The translations under genes were made by a program, and so were the position numbers. 64,000 bases of DNA from a virus: positions 108,992 to 172,991 of IMG/VR virus record IMGVR_UViG_3300042449_000993. The stretch is one strand, 5' to 3'. The first letter of the stretch is position 1. Each line of letters starts with the position of its first letter. Under the pieces are notes generated by a model. It did no database searches. It had not been told where the DNA came from and saw only the letters and a program-made list of their open reading frames with translations. Below are positions 17,283 to 25,418 of the stretch, piece by piece.

Positions 17283-17599
17283 TGGTCTACTGCGCTGCGC
17301 GTTTCAAACCAAAGAAGAAGCGCAAACCGAAAGGTATCATTGCGAAGAAGTATAACAAGTCCTCGGCGATTCTCGGTGTTGAGAAGTTGCCGAGTTTGTC
17401 TTATGGTTCACGAGTTGGGGCTGATGCTGCTCGCAGTGTTCAGTCGCTCAACTCTGATAAGATCTTTACAGAAAAAAGAGAGAGCCTGATGTACACAGGT
17501 TCTTTGGTGAAGGGTATTGCTACGATGCACAAATCAAACGCAGTGCCTGTAATCGACGAAGAGCAAATGAAAGATATCTCTCGCATGAGGCGAGGCTAA
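17279..17599 (+). CDS. conserved T4-like phage hypothetical protein
   Basis: YTGSLVKGIATMHKSNAVPVI...ISRMRR motif. Confidence 0.7.
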   Translation: MMVYCAARFKPKKKRKPKGIIAKKYNKSSAILGVEKLPSLSYGSRVGADAARSVQSLNSDKIFTEKRESLMYTGSLVKGIATMHKSNAVPVIDEEQMKDISRMRRG

Positions 17600-17614
17600 C
17601 ATAGGAGATTTTTT

Positions 17615-17824
17615 ATGAGTATTCGTTCAAAGGCTATTATTGAAACTGCTAAAACACTTGCGGCATTAATTGTTGCTGGTGTTGCATTCTATTTCATTCT
17701 TGATATTCTTGGACCAACAGTTGGGTTGATTCTAATGCTTGTTTCTTTGGTTGGATGGTTCACTTGGCTAACATATGATTTTTATGTTCACAAGTTCACT
17801 CTCCAAGATAAGTGGAAACTCTGA
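17615..17824 (+). CDS. small membrane protein
   Basis: SD AGGAG; two hydrophobic helices. Confidence 0.65.
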   Translation: MSIRSKAIIETAKTLAALIVAGVAFYFILDILGPTVGLILMLVSLVGWFTWLTYDFYVHKFTLQDKWKL

Positions 17825-18021
17825 TCAGTCCTTGTAAGGGAATCTGCAAATTAGACACCCAACGTGAGTATTGCGTTGGGTGTTTTCGCACAACTGCAGA
17901 AATAACTGCTTGGACAAAGTTGCCTTTGTTCGAAAAAGAGCGTATAATCAAAGAATGTAAAGAACGCGAAGAGAATTTTATAAATGATGGGAAAATTTCT
18001 TTGTCTAATTGGAATTCATAA
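17812..18021 (+). CDS. DUF1289-like Cys-rich protein
   Basis: SPCKGICKLD...CVGCFRT..EI..W. Confidence 0.7.
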   Translation: METLISPCKGICKLDTQREYCVGCFRTTAEITAWTKLPLFEKERIIKECKEREENFINDGKISLSNWNS

Positions 18022-18151
18022 TTGGGAAAAGTTGTGGAGACCAAGTCGCTGCCCATACCACACAGCAGAAATTCTTGTGAGTAAGACTTGCACACGATGC
18101 GGCAAAACGGTGGAAGCACCGCCGCCAAAGCATTCATCTGACGAAGATTGA
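17984..18151 (+). CDS. small Cys/His zinc-ribbon-like phage protein (55 aa, not in ORF track)
   Basis: MMGKFLCLIGIHNW...KTCTRCGKT; stop TGA 18149-18151 abuts the next ATG. Confidence 0.55.
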   Translation: MMGKFLCLIGIHNWEKLWRPSRCPYHTAEILVSKTCTRCGKTVEAPPPKHSSDED

Positions 18152-18152
18152 T

Positions 18153-18755
18153 ATGAGTAAAGGTATTCACATGCATGAATTGTTTGTCACACCAATGTGG
18201 CATTCTTCTCTTGCTGACTATGGAACTCATAAAGAAGGAATTTTAAATTATCTCAATGAGGTTCGCAAAACGCAACCAAGTGCATTGAGATCAAACATGA
18301 ATGCGTATCAGTCGCATCCAACGTTGATCCTAACAGAAGAATTGGCTCCTGTCTTTAAGCATATCATGGAAGATATGATGAGAGTTGTGATTCAAGATTG
18401 TGAATTAAAAGTTACTTCAGCGTCTCTGACGTATGCTTGGGTCAACTTTAATGACAATAGAAGTGCATTTAATATGCCTCATACTCATGCTGAAACTTTT
18501 TCTGGAGTTTTTTATGCGCAAATCCCAGAGAACAGCGGAGTGCTTGTAATCAATAATGACGCATCAAATTCTTTATGGGATGGAAATAACTTTTCCGATA
18601 TGACGAATAAATACCTTCGGGCGAATTATCCAATTTTCCCGAAAGAGGGTGACATTTATATTTGGCCATCTTATTTGGAACATTTTGTAACTCCGAATAA
18701 TCATGACGATTGTAGAGTCTCCATTTCTTTCAATATCAAATGTGCAAATTCGTAA
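18153..18755 (+). CDS. putative 2OG-Fe(II) oxygenase (TIGR02466-like)
   Basis: WVN, PHTH, SGVFY, PKEGDIYIWPSYLEHFV, RVSISFN. Confidence 0.85.
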   Translation: MSKGIHMHELFVTPMWHSSLADYGTHKEGILNYLNEVRKTQPSALRSNMNAYQSHPTLILTEELAPVFKHIMEDMMRVVIQDCELKVTSASLTYAWVNFNDNRSAFNMPHTHAETFSGVFYAQIPENSGVLVINNDASNSLWDGNNFSDMTNKYLRANYPIFPKEGDIYIWPSYLEHFVTPNNHDDCRVSISFNIKCANS

Positions 18756-18764
18756 AGGTGATTT

Positions 18765-19115
18765 ATGGCTAATGTTAAATTTGAATACACAGGTAAGTTG
18801 AGCGACGGTCGTTTCTTCGATGAAGATTCGAAAAAGAAAGTTGTTATTGAACTTGATGATAGCGATTTGACTGTTGATGAAATGCTTGAAGAGTTTATGA
18901 ACTTTATGCAAGCAATCGGATACAAGTTCGAAATCGGTGATCGTTTCGAAGTCACTAATGACTTTAAAAATTTTGAAGAGCGATTAAATCCAAACTCTCA
19001 AGATTCTGGCAAATCAGATCCAGGATATGGTGCCGTTCCTCCGCAGGGACAACCAATTGTAGATGAAGGTGGCACTGTTATTGGTATGGCTTCTCCTAAA
19101 CTTGATCCATATTGA
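18765..19115 (+). CDS. hypothetical protein
   Basis: SD AAGGTG; LTVDEMLEEFMNFMQAIGY. Confidence 0.65.
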   Translation: MANVKFEYTGKLSDGRFFDEDSKKKVVIELDDSDLTVDEMLEEFMNFMQAIGYKFEIGDRFEVTNDFKNFEERLNPNSQDSGKSDPGYGAVPPQGQPIVDEGGTVIGMASPKLDPY

Positions 19116-19123
19116 GGTGATTT

Positions 19124-19213
19124 ATGCCAGCCAAAACAGGAACAAAGGGGTTCGGAAAGGGTCGTGCTAAACTCGGATCTAAGAAACGTAAGGCACGTCG
19201 TAAGAAATCGTGA
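19124..19213 (+). CDS. very small basic peptide (29 aa, not in ORF track)
   Basis: SD GAGGTG; MPAKTGTKGFGKGRAKLGSKKRKARRKKS; GTGA overlap with the next gene. Confidence 0.6.
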   Translation: MPAKTGTKGFGKGRAKLGSKKRKARRKKS

Positions 19214-19473
19214 GTACACTTGAATCAGTCACTCCCAAGTATGACATTACTTGGTATGTGAAATGGACAGCAAGTATTATTACACTTGTTGGTATCACGG
19301 TTCGAGCCAGCGGTCTCGTTCAATATCAATGGATCGATTTGATCTGTAGTTGGATTGGGGCTGCTGGCTGGTTCTTTGTTGGGTTCAAATGGAATGATCG
19401 TGCGTTGATGATTCTAAATGGTGTGATTGGTGTGGTTTTGTTTGCAGGAATCATGAGGTATTATCTGTCATGA
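19210..19473 (+). CDS. membrane protein (DUF6552-like)
   Basis: WYVKWTASII...GW..VG..WNDRALMILN; three hydrophobic segments. Confidence 0.65.
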   Translation: MSTLESVTPKYDITWYVKWTASIITLVGITVRASGLVQYQWIDLICSWIGAAGWFFVGFKWNDRALMILNGVIGVVLFAGIMRYYLS

Positions 19474-19958
19474 AGATCTCTATTGGCAAGTATCCAAAGA
19501 AGGGCGAGCAAAAGAAATCCATTCGAATTGATCCATGGGACACATGGAGCATGGATCATACTCTTGCTGAGATCATTCATCCGATGCTCAAGCAGTTACG
19601 CAAGACTGCTCACGGTGCGCCATGCACTGATGATGAAGATGTTCCTGAGCATCTCCGTTCGACTAAAGCCAAGCCCAAGAAAAATGAATGGGATGTGGAT
19701 GAGTTTCACTTCAAACGTTGGGACTGGATCATGAAAGAAATGATCTGGACTTTCGGCGAACACGCAAAAGACCATGAGCCAAACTTCTGGATCAAGAAAC
19801 CCAAATACAAATGGGTAGATGTTGAAGGGAAAGATTGGAAAGAAATGGTCACTGTCGACAAAGGCAAGTTCGACGAAGCCAAAGCCAAAGCATATTGGGA
19901 ACGAAAGAAGAATGGCTTTCGTTTGTTCGGGAAGTATTATCAAAATCTCTGGGATTAA
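19470..19958 (+). CDS. conserved phage hypothetical protein
   Basis: IDPWDTWSMDHTLAEIIHPML...RWDWIMKEMIW...GFRLFGKYYQNLWD. Confidence 0.75.
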   Translation: MKISIGKYPKKGEQKKSIRIDPWDTWSMDHTLAEIIHPMLKQLRKTAHGAPCTDDEDVPEHLRSTKAKPKKNEWDVDEFHFKRWDWIMKEMIWTFGEHAKDHEPNFWIKKPKYKWVDVEGKDWKEMVTVDKGKFDEAKAKAYWERKKNGFRLFGKYYQNLWD

Positions 19959-19969
19959 GAGGATATAAC

Positions 19970-20812
19970 ATGTTACCAGAATTTAAAATTTATACAAATC
20001 CAAATGATATTAAGTTTGCTCTATATGAACAATCTGAAATCATCTCTGATGAAATTAAAATGAGGGGCTTGTGGAATGGAGATCTAGTCAACTACATCGT
20101 AAGAGTGTTGAGTCGTCAGGCTCCTGGAAATGTGATTGATGTTGGTGCAGGAATAGGTTCAATGGTGATTCCATTTGCCGCTTTTTGCAATGTTCAGCAC
20201 ACATATCATGCATTTGAACCATCTCGTCATCTTAATCTGCAACTATCAACAAATGTTTTCTTAAATCATCTTTCAAACGTTTATGTTTATCAAGAAGCAT
20301 TAAGTGATGTTGAAAAGAGAACTATTGCAGGTATTCTTGACGTTTGGCGATTAAGCAATCATGGATCATTTTCTTTCAATGATGAGGTTAATGAGATTCG
20401 TGGAATTGTTTCAACTCCAGAAAAAGAATTCTATAAATTTAAGCCTCTTGATAGCCACGGTCTTCGAGATATTCGTTTCATTAAACTTTCTGCGCCTGGA
20501 ATGGAACTTGAAGTTTTAAGAGGAGCAAAGCAAACTATTGAGAATAGTGGTAAACCACCTATTTGTATCGAGCATTGGGATTATCCATGGTACGAAGAAA
20601 AAACCAAAGAATTCCAAAGATATTTGGCAGAGGAATTACGTTATGCCAGCTTTGATATGGCTCATGGATATTTCATTGCTTACAAGTCAGATGGTCATGC
20701 TGACTTCCTGACATCTGAAGCGCAAGTCGAAGAGACAGGTGATTTTTTTGTCAGAGAAAAATTGCACGAGGCTCCATTAGCAGTTGATCAGCAAAAAGTC
20801 TATATCGCTTAA
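19970..20812 (+). CDS. FkbM-family SAM methyltransferase
   Basis: VIDVGAGIG, HAFEP, FIKL...GMELEVLRGA. Confidence 0.8.
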   Translation: MLPEFKIYTNPNDIKFALYEQSEIISDEIKMRGLWNGDLVNYIVRVLSRQAPGNVIDVGAGIGSMVIPFAAFCNVQHTYHAFEPSRHLNLQLSTNVFLNHLSNVYVYQEALSDVEKRTIAGILDVWRLSNHGSFSFNDEVNEIRGIVSTPEKEFYKFKPLDSHGLRDIRFIKLSAPGMELEVLRGAKQTIENSGKPPICIEHWDYPWYEEKTKEFQRYLAEELRYASFDMAHGYFIAYKSDGHADFLTSEAQVEETGDFFVREKLHEAPLAVDQQKVYIA

Positions 20813-21289
20813 ATGCAATCTAAAGAAGAATTAGAAAATTGGTATCGACATCCAGATCCATGGAAATACGAAACAACACAAGATGATTTGTTTCGAAAAG
20901 AGCAGATATTGCAAATGCTTCCAATGCGATATGAACGTGCTATTGACATCGGATGCGGAGAAGGGTTTGTCACAAAAGATTTGCCAGCAATCGAGAGTCA
21001 TGGAATTGAAATTTCAGATCTCGCTGCTTCTAGATTGCCATGGAATGTAAAAAGAGTTCATGCTCCAGAAGGACTATATGATTTAGTCATGACTACAGGA
21101 ACGTTATATACACAATATAATCACGAACAGATTGTAGAGTGGATTAGGAAATGTTCTTGTAGGCATATTCTGATTGCTGGAATTAGAGAATGGCTTATGC
21201 CATACACATTTGGAAATGTTCTCGCTAAAAAAGAATTTAAATACAGAGAGTATGTACAATCGGTGACATTATATGAAGTTAGCACATAA
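20813..21289 (+). CDS. class I SAM methyltransferase (NodS-like)
   Basis: DPWKYET, AIDIGCGEG, GIEISD. Confidence 0.75.
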   Translation: MQSKEELENWYRHPDPWKYETTQDDLFRKEQILQMLPMRYERAIDIGCGEGFVTKDLPAIESHGIEISDLAASRLPWNVKRVHAPEGLYDLVMTTGTLYTQYNHEQIVEWIRKCSCRHILIAGIREWLMPYTFGNVLAKKEFKYREYVQSVTLYEVST

Positions 21290-21794
21290 CATTGGTGAAA
21301 TAAGGCATCCAAATTATAACACTCGCGAGCAAATTCTTGCTTGTGTTGATTCCATCGGATTTGACGGAATCTATAAAAACGTATATCATAATCAAGATGT
21401 CCTCGTTGGCAAAACAGGAATTATGTTTGTCATGGGAGACTTTGTTGGTGGAGATAATGCCTTTGATCTACCCAATGTACCAAGACTTGAAGAGTATTGC
21501 ACGTTGGAAGAAGTATTTGAATTATGCGATAAGTATCAATTCGAATTAGGATGGCATACTTGGTCGCACAGAGATCTCACGAAACTAGATAAAGATGAAA
21601 TCATGTTAGAAGTCACTCCCCCAATGGGATTGAATATAAAGCATTTTGCATATCCTTACGGAACGTTTAATGATCTTGTGATTGAATGCGTCAAAGAAGC
21701 AGGATATGAAAAAGCATACTCAGTCACACAAGGCTCTCAAGATCCTAATGATCCAGATTATAAATTTAAAATTTATCGCGACTATATTAAATGA
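21273..21794 (+). CDS. polysaccharide deacetylase (NodB-like)
   Basis: GFDG, ELGWHTWSHRDL, FAYPYG. Confidence 0.75.
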   Translation: MKLAHNIGEIRHPNYNTREQILACVDSIGFDGIYKNVYHNQDVLVGKTGIMFVMGDFVGGDNAFDLPNVPRLEEYCTLEEVFELCDKYQFELGWHTWSHRDLTKLDKDEIMLEVTPPMGLNIKHFAYPYGTFNDLVIECVKEAGYEKAYSVTQGSQDPNDPDYKFKIYRDYIK

Positions 21795-22507
21795 GAAAAG
21801 AATATGATGAGAAGGGGATCGTTGTTATCCCTTCTGTGTTTACTGCTGATGAATGCGATAAAATTAAAACATCTGCATATTCTGTCACAGACAACCAAAT
21901 TAAATCTGCTGGGTATCCTCACGTTCCGAGTGAGCAAGCATACAATAGAAAGTCGTTGATTTTCTTTCCTGCTTTAGCGCATTCTTATTTAAATGAAATT
22001 CGAATTAGCAAACCAATGACTGAGTTGGTGCGAGAGTTTATTGGTGATGATGTTCGTCAAATCAACAATCAAATATACTTTCGCGAACGTGGCGATCTAG
22101 ATCAATTTGCTTGGCATCAAGACATTATGTTTCGCGAGAGTCATATATTTGGCAGTGATGTTGTTGAAGATTATTTTCAGACCATCATCGCAGTAGATGA
22201 TATCACAGAAGAAAACGGAGCCATTGAATTTATCGAAGGTTCACATAAAACAATGCGCCTTTATGCACCAAAAAATCTTCGAAAATTCGAACGTGGTGAT
22301 CTAAAAGGAAAGAAGTATACTGCCAAGAAAGGTGATGTTCTCATTTGGTCGGTGATGATTGTTCACGGAAGCGAAACAAACAACTCTGATTCAAGTCGAA
22401 TGACATACATGAATGGTTTCTGTCGAACAAAAGCAGCAAAAACATATCCACACTATATGATCAATGGTCAAGTTGTTCCATATATTAATCCAGCGATGAT
22501 ACCATGA
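21791..22507 (+). CDS. phytanoyl-CoA dioxygenase (PhyH)-family 2OG-Fe oxygenase
   Basis: WHQD, IAVDDITEENGAIEFIEGSH, GDVLIW..IVHGS..N.S..SR. Confidence 0.85.
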   Translation: MRKEYDEKGIVVIPSVFTADECDKIKTSAYSVTDNQIKSAGYPHVPSEQAYNRKSLIFFPALAHSYLNEIRISKPMTELVREFIGDDVRQINNQIYFRERGDLDQFAWHQDIMFRESHIFGSDVVEDYFQTIIAVDDITEENGAIEFIEGSHKTMRLYAPKNLRKFERGDLKGKKYTAKKGDVLIWSVMIVHGSETNNSDSSRMTYMNGFCRTKAAKTYPHYMINGQVVPYINPAMIP

Positions 22508-23133
22508 TTAGTGTTATTATATCCTCATATCGATATGGGCATTTGGCTGCTCATTGCGTAGAATCAATTTTAAGTCAGTCTGAAAAACCAGAAAAGATTT
22601 TTTTCGTCGACGATGGTTGGGGTGACTGCTTTCATCTGAAACGAGTATATCCTGAAGTTGAGTTTGTATTTCGTGAAACGAATCTTGGAACGGTAAACAA
22701 TTTTCAAGACATGCTTGAAAGAGTTTCAACTGAATACTGTATGTTCATTGGTGCAGATAATTGGCTTCGTTCAGATACAGTTAAGCAATTTAGTGACGCG
22801 ATTCAACTTGTGAATCCTGACATTGTCACTTATGATATGGTCTTAACTGGTGAAATGAAGGAAACAAGAATTAAATATCATAGAGATGAGATGTCGCGGT
22901 ATCAGGGTGATTACTACTGGTCGCGACAATTTAAACATCATGGCTCTATGCTATATAGAACGAGCCTTGCGAAATCTGTTGGTGGATATACTGCCTTAAA
23001 TAGTTCATCCCCACATACGCAAGAAGATTATAGTTTATGGAATAAGATGAAGAATGCTGGCGCAAAAGTTCATCATGTTTCTCAAGGATTGCTTTATTAT
23101 CGTCATCATCGTGAAAATTTTAATAAGTATTGA
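22504..23133 (+). CDS. glycosyltransferase family 2
   Basis: ISVIISSY, FVDDG, GADNW, EDYSLW, YYRHH. Confidence 0.85.
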   Translation: MISVIISSYRYGHLAAHCVESILSQSEKPEKIFFVDDGWGDCFHLKRVYPEVEFVFRETNLGTVNNFQDMLERVSTEYCMFIGADNWLRSDTVKQFSDAIQLVNPDIVTYDMVLTGEMKETRIKYHRDEMSRYQGDYYWSRQFKHHGSMLYRTSLAKSVGGYTALNSSSPHTQEDYSLWNKMKNAGAKVHHVSQGLLYYRHHRENFNKY

Positions 23134-23143
23134 GTGGTAAATT

Positions 23144-23902
23144 ATGAAAGTTTCTATCATAACCGCAACTGCGGGAAATCCTCTTCTCAAAGAATGTATC
23201 GAATCTGTAAGGGCTCAAACGTATAAAAACATTGAGCACATTATTGTTGTAGACGGAAAAAAACGATACGAAAAGTTAGATCCAAACGTTGTGATGTCTT
23301 TGTATGAACCAACAGACTCGCAAATTAAACAGCACCTACTCGTTCTTCCATACCCAACAGGCACAGATCGCTATAATGGTCATCGTGTATATGGTGGAAC
23401 AACTTATTTTGCAGATGGTGACTATCATCTCTGGTTAGATGATGATAACATGATTGAACCAACTCACGTTGAAAGTTTAGTCAATCTTGTTATAGAAAAG
23501 AAACTTCATTGGGCATATTCTTTCCGTAAAATTATTGACAAAGATGGAAATGAAATTTGTTTAGATGACTGTGAAAGTCTTGGTAAATGGGCAAGTATCA
23601 TTCACCCCCAGGATCATTTTGTAGATGTAAACTGTTACTTTGTCGCTAAACATGTTGCTGTAATGCTCTCGCCAGTATGGTATCGTAAATTCCGTGAGCC
23701 TGGTCAGATGGAAATTGATCGTGCAATTGCTCATGTATTGATGCATTCAGATAATAAATTAAATTTTGATTGCACTCAAGAATACACTGTCAAGTATAGA
23801 GTTGGTAATACTGATCTATCTGTGAAAGCAGACTTTTTCTTACAGGGTAATGAAGCGATGTTGAAGCGTCATGATGGTAAACTTCCATGGAAGAAATCGT
23901 AA
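23144..23902 (+). CDS. glycosyltransferase family 2
   Basis: VSIITAT, SVRAQTY, IVVDG, WLDDDN. Confidence 0.85.
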   Translation: MKVSIITATAGNPLLKECIESVRAQTYKNIEHIIVVDGKKRYEKLDPNVVMSLYEPTDSQIKQHLLVLPYPTGTDRYNGHRVYGGTTYFADGDYHLWLDDDNMIEPTHVESLVNLVIEKKLHWAYSFRKIIDKDGNEICLDDCESLGKWASIIHPQDHFVDVNCYFVAKHVAVMLSPVWYRKFREPGQMEIDRAIAHVLMHSDNKLNFDCTQEYTVKYRVGNTDLSVKADFFLQGNEAMLKRHDGKLPWKKS

Positions 23903-24034
23903 ACAAATATATCAATAAAGTTGAAAGAGCCATTGATCATGGTCTTGATCAAGAGCGTTGGATGAATAAATCCATTTCTCAGATGAGAACCAAATTGGCA
24001 TAATGGTCTTTATATAGCAGTTTTAGAAAAATAG
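23887..24034 (+). pseudogene. internally deleted remnant of a paralog of the methyltransferase at 50100-50729
   Basis: First frame KYINKVERAIDHG resembles NYINRVAMAIDNA. A different frame ends NWHNGLYIAVLEK*, matching NWHNGLYVAVLEKT*. The catalytic middle is missing. Confidence 0.7.
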
Positions 24035-24043
24035 GAATTAATT

Positions 24044-24733
24044 ATGAGTGAATCAAGAAATCCATGTATTGCATCCATCTTCATGAAAAATATAGATGCA
24101 AAAACTGTAGAGAATCAACAGAAGGTTGTTGAAAAATTTAATAAAAGCAATATTCAACATTACAGTGTTCTTACTGAAGCGAATCCAGGATACACCATGG
24201 ATAATCTCATTGATATGCTAGAGAGCAGAGGGCATGATGCGATCATGTTCTTGGACATTGATTGTGTTCCGTTAAATGATGGCGCTCTCGATTATATGTT
24301 TAACAAAGCATATGATGGTGTATTAATTGGAGATGCTCAACGAAGCAATCATATCGAAAATGGTCAGCATGTGTTTTGCGCTCCACACAATGTAACATTT
24401 ACAATTGATCTGTATCGTAATCTTGGTAATCCATCATTCTTGCCAAATTATCGCGGAGATGTTGGAGAAGAGTTGACTTTTAAAGCGAGAGAGGCTAATA
24501 TTCCTATTGAGATCATTATGCCGTTGCGCTATGATGCCCCACCAATTCGCATGGATTGGGAACCAAAAGATCTTCCGCCATATTGGGATCTTGCTGATGG
24601 TATGCCGAAGTATGGTGTTGGTACAACGTTTGGTAACGATAATGGTGATTTGTTCTGGCACAATTATCAAATCTTTCATCCAGGACAACAAGAACGTTTC
24701 TGGAATAAATGTGAGGAATTATTGAATGGCTAA
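24044..24733 (+). CDS. glycosyltransferase-like protein (GT-A, DxD)
   Basis: IMFLDIDCVP, RGDVGEELT, YGVGTTF; lies within the glycan cluster. Confidence 0.6.
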   Translation: MSESRNPCIASIFMKNIDAKTVENQQKVVEKFNKSNIQHYSVLTEANPGYTMDNLIDMLESRGHDAIMFLDIDCVPLNDGALDYMFNKAYDGVLIGDAQRSNHIENGQHVFCAPHNVTFTIDLYRNLGNPSFLPNYRGDVGEELTFKAREANIPIEIIMPLRYDAPPIRMDWEPKDLPPYWDLADGMPKYGVGTTFGNDNGDLFWHNYQIFHPGQQERFWNKCEELLNG

Positions 24734-24932
24734 TCGTAGTGACTTTTTTAATGCTAAACTTCCACGTGGAATGAAGCGTATGCTTGCAATGGCTGAGACA
24801 TATGGTTGGGTGAAAGATGCACACAATCGCGGTGAATTGAAGCAATTGCTCATTAATGCTCATGCTAATCATGTTGGATTTAAGTTGAAGCGACATTCAA
24901 CTGAAAATCGCGATGCATCAGATGGTGAATAA
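24726..24932 (+). CDS. hypothetical protein
   Basis: Coupled ORF MANRSDFFNAKLPR... Confidence 0.6.
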   Translation: MANRSDFFNAKLPRGMKRMLAMAETYGWVKDAHNRGELKQLLINAHANHVGFKLKRHSTENRDASDGE

Positions 24933-25201
24933 TGAACTCACTATCTGAACTCAAAGAATTATTGATCAGTAAAGAAATTGAGATCAAAGAATTCAATGGA
25001 TGGTCATTGAAAGTTGGTAAAGATACTTGGGTCATGGAACATGGTATGTTATATAAAAATGGTGTACCACAAAGCCTGAGAGAAAAAAATATTTTCGACA
25101 ATTACAAAAGGAAGAAACAAGATGACAATATCAGCACTCAAACTCGTAAGTGGCGAGGAATTGGTGGTAGAAATTTGCTCAGAGACGGAGAACATAATTG
25201 A
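24932..25201 (+). CDS. hypothetical protein
   Basis: TAATG coupling; the 3' end overlaps the next gene by 80 bp. Confidence 0.5.
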   Translation: MNSLSELKELLISKEIEIKEFNGWSLKVGKDTWVMEHGMLYKNGVPQSLREKNIFDNYKRKKQDDNISTQTRKWRGIGGRNLLRDGEHN

Positions 25202-25415
25202 GTTCAAGAATCCTGTCGCCTGTGTGATGCAACGTTCAGAGAAGGGTCCAGTTCTTGGCTTTATGCCTTGGATGCAAGCAGGTGATGGTCCATTTGTTGT
25301 TAATAAAGATAAAATTATTACAGCATGCGAAGTTGCCCAAGAAGTGAAAAACGGGTATAATCAAATCTTCGGAGCAGGAATTGTGGTTCCGCCGCAGCAA
25401 TTGATTACGGGGTAA
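25122..25415 (+). CDS. conserved T4-like small beta protein upstream of gp43
   Basis: LKLVSGEELV...KNP...GFMPW...Y.QIFG.GIVVP. Confidence 0.7.
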   Translation: MTISALKLVSGEELVVEICSETENIIEFKNPVACVMQRSEKGPVLGFMPWMQAGDGPFVVNKDKIITACEVAQEVKNGYNQIFGAGIVVPPQQLITG

Positions 25416-25418
25416 AAC

